This document shows, piece after piece, positions 60,351 through 64,000 of a stretch of DNA of 64,000 bases. The stretch is from Myxococcales bacterium (GTDB taxonomy: Bacteria; Myxococcota; UBA727; JABDBI01). The stretch lies in contig CP060221.1 in NCBI GenBank assembly GCA_023898405.1, positions 2,434,172 through 2,498,171 on the forward strand. The letters are read 5' to 3'. The notes under the pieces are model-generated. The model worked only from the letters and a program-made list of their open reading frames with translations, did not search any database and was not told the DNA's origin. A program made the translations under genes and the position numbers. Each line of letters begins with the position of its first letter. The first letter of the stretch is position 1.

Positions 60351-61757
60351 ATGACAAAGAGAAGTAACAAGAAATATCCAAAATCTCAACCCTCATCTGC
60401 TTTTAGGCTAACACCCATGAATCCATGTGTTGCTGGCATAGACATTGGCTCTAGGTCTGTATTTATTTGTATTGGTTTTGCCGACGGTCACCAAGAGATA
60501 CGCGAATATCTGACTTTCACAGAAGATCTCAAAAATATGCTGAGGTGGATCCAACAAAATGGTATCCAGAGCGTAGCGATGGAGTCCACAGGTGTGTACT
60601 GGATCCCGGTTTATGATATTTTGGCCCAAGCTGGCATAGACGTCATGCTAGTAAATGCATACTACCTCAAAACGGTGCCAGGTAGAAAAACAGACGTGAA
60701 GGATTGCCAATGGATTCAACAGTTACACGCCTATGGGTTACTGCGAGGTTCGTTTCGCCCTGATGACGAAGGGGTGATATTCCGTGGGTATGTAAGACAG
60801 AGAAGCCGTTTATTTGAGTTGGCATCGCAGCAAGTACAATTGATGCATAAAGCTCTGGTGCAAATGAATCTTCAACTCAACCACGTGGTAACAGACATTA
60901 CCGGTGTTACAGGGATGAGCATCATTCGGGCGATAGTCTCTGGCGAGCGAAATCCAGTAGCCTTGGCCAAATATCGAGATTGCCGATGCAAAAAAGAAGA
61001 AAAGGAAATAGCCAAAGCTCTCGATGGCAACTATCGGCAAGAGCATCTACTAGCCTTGAAACACGCACTTGAGGCTTATGATTTTTTCCACCAGCAGGCT
61101 TTAGAATGTGAAGATGCTGTAGAGCAAATGCTGAAGAAATGGCAAGTTTCTGAACGAGCAAAAGAAGCCCTAGCTGAGATTCCAAGTTCGATGGAGGAAT
61201 CTCCAACAAACCGGCGAACAGCGCGGAGGAAAACAAAATCCAATCCCAGCCCCTATCACTTTGAAGCGGATATCACTTTGGAAAAGATTCTTCACGTCAA
61301 TCTCACAGATATTCCTGGTTTGGAAGCCAATAGCATTATAAAAATCCTGGCTGAAACCGGTACCGATATGTCAAAATGGCCAAGCTCGAAACACTTTGCT
61401 TCCTGGCTTGGCCTTTGCCCTGGCAATAAAATCTCCGGTGGAAAGGTTTTGAGCAGTAGGAGCAAGCCAACTGCCAATCGAGCATCACAAGCCCTGCGCC
61501 TGGCAGCCAATTCTCTCTACCGCTCTAAAACGGCCCTTGGCGCCTATTTCCGTCGAATGCGGGCAAGACTTGGTGCTCCAAAAGCAATTACAGCAACTGC
61601 CCACAAGCTTGCCAAGATCCTGTATACGATGCTGAGGGAGCGCAAGAGTTTTAACGAAGCTGGCCAACTCGCCTACGAACAGGCGTATAAAGCGAAACAA
61701 TTGCTATCCTTGGAGAGGCGAGCCCAAGAACTTGGATATAAACTGATGGCCTGCTAA
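60351..61757 (+). CDS. IS110-family recombinase (DEDD RuvC-like + Tnp domain)
   Basis: AGIDIGS, VAMESTG, RKTDVKD, WLGLCPGNKISGG, A..A.AHKLAKILY. Start could be at 60333, 60351 or 60417. Confidence 0.95.
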   Translation: MTKRSNKKYPKSQPSSAFRLTPMNPCVAGIDIGSRSVFICIGFADGHQEIREYLTFTEDLKNMLRWIQQNGIQSVAMESTGVYWIPVYDILAQAGIDVMLVNAYYLKTVPGRKTDVKDCQWIQQLHAYGLLRGSFRPDDEGVIFRGYVRQRSRLFELASQQVQLMHKALVQMNLQLNHVVTDITGVTGMSIIRAIVSGERNPVALAKYRDCRCKKEEKEIAKALDGNYRQEHLLALKHALEAYDFFHQQALECEDAVEQMLKKWQVSERAKEALAEIPSSMEESPTNRRTARRKTKSNPSPYHFEADITLEKILHVNLTDIPGLEANSIIKILAETGTDMSKWPSSKHFASWLGLCPGNKISGGKVLSSRSKPTANRASQALRLAANSLYRSKTALGAYFRRMRARLGAPKAITATAHKLAKILYTMLRERKSFNEAGQLAYEQAYKAKQLLSLERRAQELGYKLMAC

Positions 61758-62021
61758 TAATTGAAGTAATTTTACAATAACAAAACAAATTTCTCTCAAC
61801 TTTAAAGGCCGGCGTAGCATTGGTGCTAAATGCCCGATTATAAGCTTGGTCAGCATAACTACCGATAATATCATTGGTGAGATTGTTTGTCAGAAGACGA
61901 ATAATCATCCCGTTTTAGAAGAGTGTTCAATTTTAAAGTAGTGTGTAAGTTTTATAGAAGTTTGAATAAGAATGACATAAATCGGAAATCATCAATGTGA
62001 ACTTATTTAGAAGCTAAAATA

Positions 62022-63086
62022 TTAATCAACTAGAGTCATAGCTTCGGATGTTTTAAGATAAATAGCTCCATCAACATAGTTTAATGGTCCATGAGCAACA
62101 AATTGTTCTTCACTCATGCCAAACAATGCGGGATTTAGTTTTTTCATATCGATAAATAAAGAATCATAGCCAAAAGTTTCAGCCCATTCTTCTAACGATT
62201 CTTTAGGGGCTTCTAATTGAGCCGCAACGGGATTGACCCAGTTTTGGTAAGTGTCGTAACGTGAGGCAACTAATAATACTGAAGCATAGCTTAAACCCAA
62301 TTTTTTAGACAAAAAATAACCCATTGGTTTAAAGATATCTCCATGCTTTTGAATATGACCATTGGCCGCCCAAATAATAGTTTTTTTATTGGGCGCATAA
62401 ATAGTTTTTAAAAACATGAAAATATCAGCCATAGCTTCATCGCGAATAGTCATACATATTTCTGGTTCAGAATTATCTGCTGTAATTTGAGTTTCCCAGC
62501 ATTTTTTTCTTTTCTGGTAAGAAGAAACAGTTATTTCAGCAGCTTTTTTGAGTAAGTTACTGTTAGTATTTAGGTAGCTTTCAGCGCTTGCAGGATCTTG
62601 CATATCAAAGCCGAAGAAAACAACTTTTTCATTAGGATGACTATCATTGTAATTACGAATCCAAATTATTAGCTGTAAAATGCTCTCGTCAAACCAAACG
62701 CGGTAACCGCCAGTCAAAAGCGCAGTTTTTGCATCGTTAGTTTTTCCTAAAATATAGTCATTAATGGATTGTGCACTAATCCAATTAGATTCGAAAGCAA
62801 CAGCTCTAAAGTTCTTTTTTAATATTAAATATTTTATTAAAGCACTCTTGGCCTGATAAAAGCCGCCTGAGGTATGATGAGCCTCACCCAAAGCTATCAC
62901 GTCTTTATCCCCAAAGGCCTCTCCAAAAGCCCAAAGCGAGCGTTCCTCCCAATGATCTGTTAACTTAGGCAAAATATGAAAGCCTAAAGGGAGCTCTCGT
63001 TGAACAATCATTTCACCATCTCGTACATGAGTTTTACAGCTGCAGAATAGAGCCACAAAGAAAAATAAAATAATTTTAATTTTCAT
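62022..63086 (-). CDS. Erythromycin-esterase-family (EreA/B-like) lipoprotein
   Basis: Lipobox LFCSC, ALGEAHH, VAFE, GFDMQ, RDEAMA, IWAANGHI. Confidence 0.82.
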   Translation of the reverse strand: MKIKIILFFFVALFCSCKTHVRDGEMIVQRELPLGFHILPKLTDHWEERSLWAFGEAFGDKDVIALGEAHHTSGGFYQAKSALIKYLILKKNFRAVAFESNWISAQSINDYILGKTNDAKTALLTGGYRVWFDESILQLIIWIRNYNDSHPNEKVVFFGFDMQDPASAESYLNTNSNLLKKAAEITVSSYQKRKKCWETQITADNSEPEICMTIRDEAMADIFMFLKTIYAPNKKTIIWAANGHIQKHGDIFKPMGYFLSKKLGLSYASVLLVASRYDTYQNWVNPVAAQLEAPKESLEEWAETFGYDSLFIDMKKLNPALFGMSEEQFVAHGPLNYVDGAIYLKTSEAMTLVD

Positions 63087-63094
63087 ATTTATAT

Positions 63095-63517
63095 TTAATT
63101 ATCATTAATATGAGGTTTAAGAGGAGCACGATAGTTGCCACTATTAATATATTTTATTAATGTGAAAGCGTGCTCATTGGTTAACCAGTGATGAGAACTA
63201 AGACTGCTTTGAAAAGATATGCATACTTTGCAGCAACGTTCACCAGACCCAGCTAAATGCTGAGTAGCATTTATGGCTCGTCGCAATTCATAGTCGCTTG
63301 CTTTTATATCGGCAGGGTTACCATTGTCATTACCATACATATGAGGAGATTTACTTTTGGGTACATAAGGTTCATATGCAAAAGTTTGCCCCCTTACTGG
63401 CAAATGTAGCTTAAGCGCTCCCAAATGATTATTAACCAGTTGCTCTTCAATTTTTTCCCATTTTAGCTGAGCTTCAATCCTATACATTTTCTGACCATCA
63501 TAAGTAACAATATCCAA
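63095..63517 (-). CDS. Hypothetical protein
   Basis: TTG start with upstream GAGGGTG, 8 bp upstream of the esterase gene. No family recognised. Confidence 0.45.
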   Translation of the reverse strand: MDIVTYDGQKMYRIEAQLKWEKIEEQLVNNHLGALKLHLPVRGQTFAYEPYVPKSKSPHMYGNDNGNPADIKASDYELRRAINATQHLAGSGERCCKVCISFQSSLSSHHWLTNEHAFTLIKYINSGNYRAPLKPHINDN

Positions 63518-63535
63518 AAATTCACCCTCATATGA

Positions 63536-63753
63536 TTATAAGAAGCATAAACCGCTTTTTTTGAAAACACCCATCTAACGAAACCCAGGAATTTGGAGCC
63601 AAAACAGCCTCACTAATCTTAAGAGTTTTCATAATTTCTTTTATGAGTTCTTGGGCCTGCTCAAAAACCAGGTGCAAAGCCAAAAACTATCTTGATTGGC
63701 GGCATTTGAATAAGGCTATCGCTCACTAAAGCCTATTCTATACTGCACTACGG
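63536..63753 (-). repeat. ~215-bp dispersed repeat, copy 2 (inverted)
   Basis: Reverse complement of 59999-60212 with scattered substitutions and small indels. Confidence 0.9.
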
Positions 63754-63838
63754 CTAAGATTTTCTTCATCGCTCATCTGGCTCACGCAAGAAAAATCCAA
63801 GCCAAAATCCTGCTGCTCACTCATTTGGAAATTTTAGT

Positions 63839-64000
63839 CTAGGTGGCAAAGTTGAGGATATAGCTAAGGTCCATCTTGAAATTTGGGTCTTTTTCCATTT
63901 TGTTGTCCTTGTCATCTATATCAGCTTGACTCGTATTGCCTTCGATGATTGAAGACAAATCTACAAGCAAATTTGCACACACAGACTCATCTTCTTCTGC
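63839..64000 (-). CDS. C-terminal end of an acidic hypothetical protein starting beyond the window
   Basis: Open frame AEEDESVCANLL...YILNFAT* ending at TAG 63839-63841. Confidence 0.5.
   Translation of the reverse strand, partial: AEEDESVCANLLVDLSSIIEGNTSQADIDDKDNKMEKDPNFKMDLSYILNFAT

Larger units (their letters stand above)
60213..61770 (+). mobile_element. IS110-family element (boundaries approximate)
   Basis: Non-coding left end beginning near CTCCCCACC, intact transposase, short right end, no terminal IRs. Confidence 0.8.

Noticed and set aside
586-61700. Numerous 60-150-aa ORFs antisense to or nested in transposases and housekeeping genes
   Set aside because: Shadow ORFs. Several recur identically only because the IS copies do.
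61651-61908. Minus-strand 85-aa ORF overlapping the IS110 3' end
   Set aside because: It runs antisense into the transposase with no motifs. It could be a truncated gene but is unsupported.

Overview
Low-GC bacterial window. The rimP-nusA-ylxR/L7Ae-infB-rbfA layout and long HflX look Deltaproteobacteria-like (inference), and the many signal-peptide orphans and eukaryote-like domains suggest a host- or prey-associated lifestyle (inference). There are three zones. (1) 1-12.2 kb: a broken IS4 with an IS5 inside it, then AT-rich secreted orphan genes, an M23 peptidase and an RCC1-repeat protein. (2) 12.3-35.5 kb: mostly housekeeping genes (yggX, hflX, rimP, nusA, infB, rbfA, truA, glmM, rlmD and others). 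This zone also holds a coupled cytochrome P450 plus divergent class I terpene-synthase-like pair, a plant-type MTA nucleosidase and a lipoprotein-signal AAA ATPase. (3) 35.5-64 kb: a heavily rearranged accessory island that starts at an IS200/IS605 element with a dead tnpB. It carries a virB10/trbI stub, three toxin-antitoxin systems, a contractile phage-tail module, five full and two partial IS6 copies, and IS5, IS4, IS481, IS630, IS701 and IS110 elements. Its cargo includes a secreted kinase-like protein, a purple acid phosphatase-like enzyme, a papain-like protease candidate and an erythromycin-esterase-family lipoprotein. No rRNA, tRNA, CRISPR array or reverse transcriptase was recognised. 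All family calls come from motif recognition by eye, not database searches.
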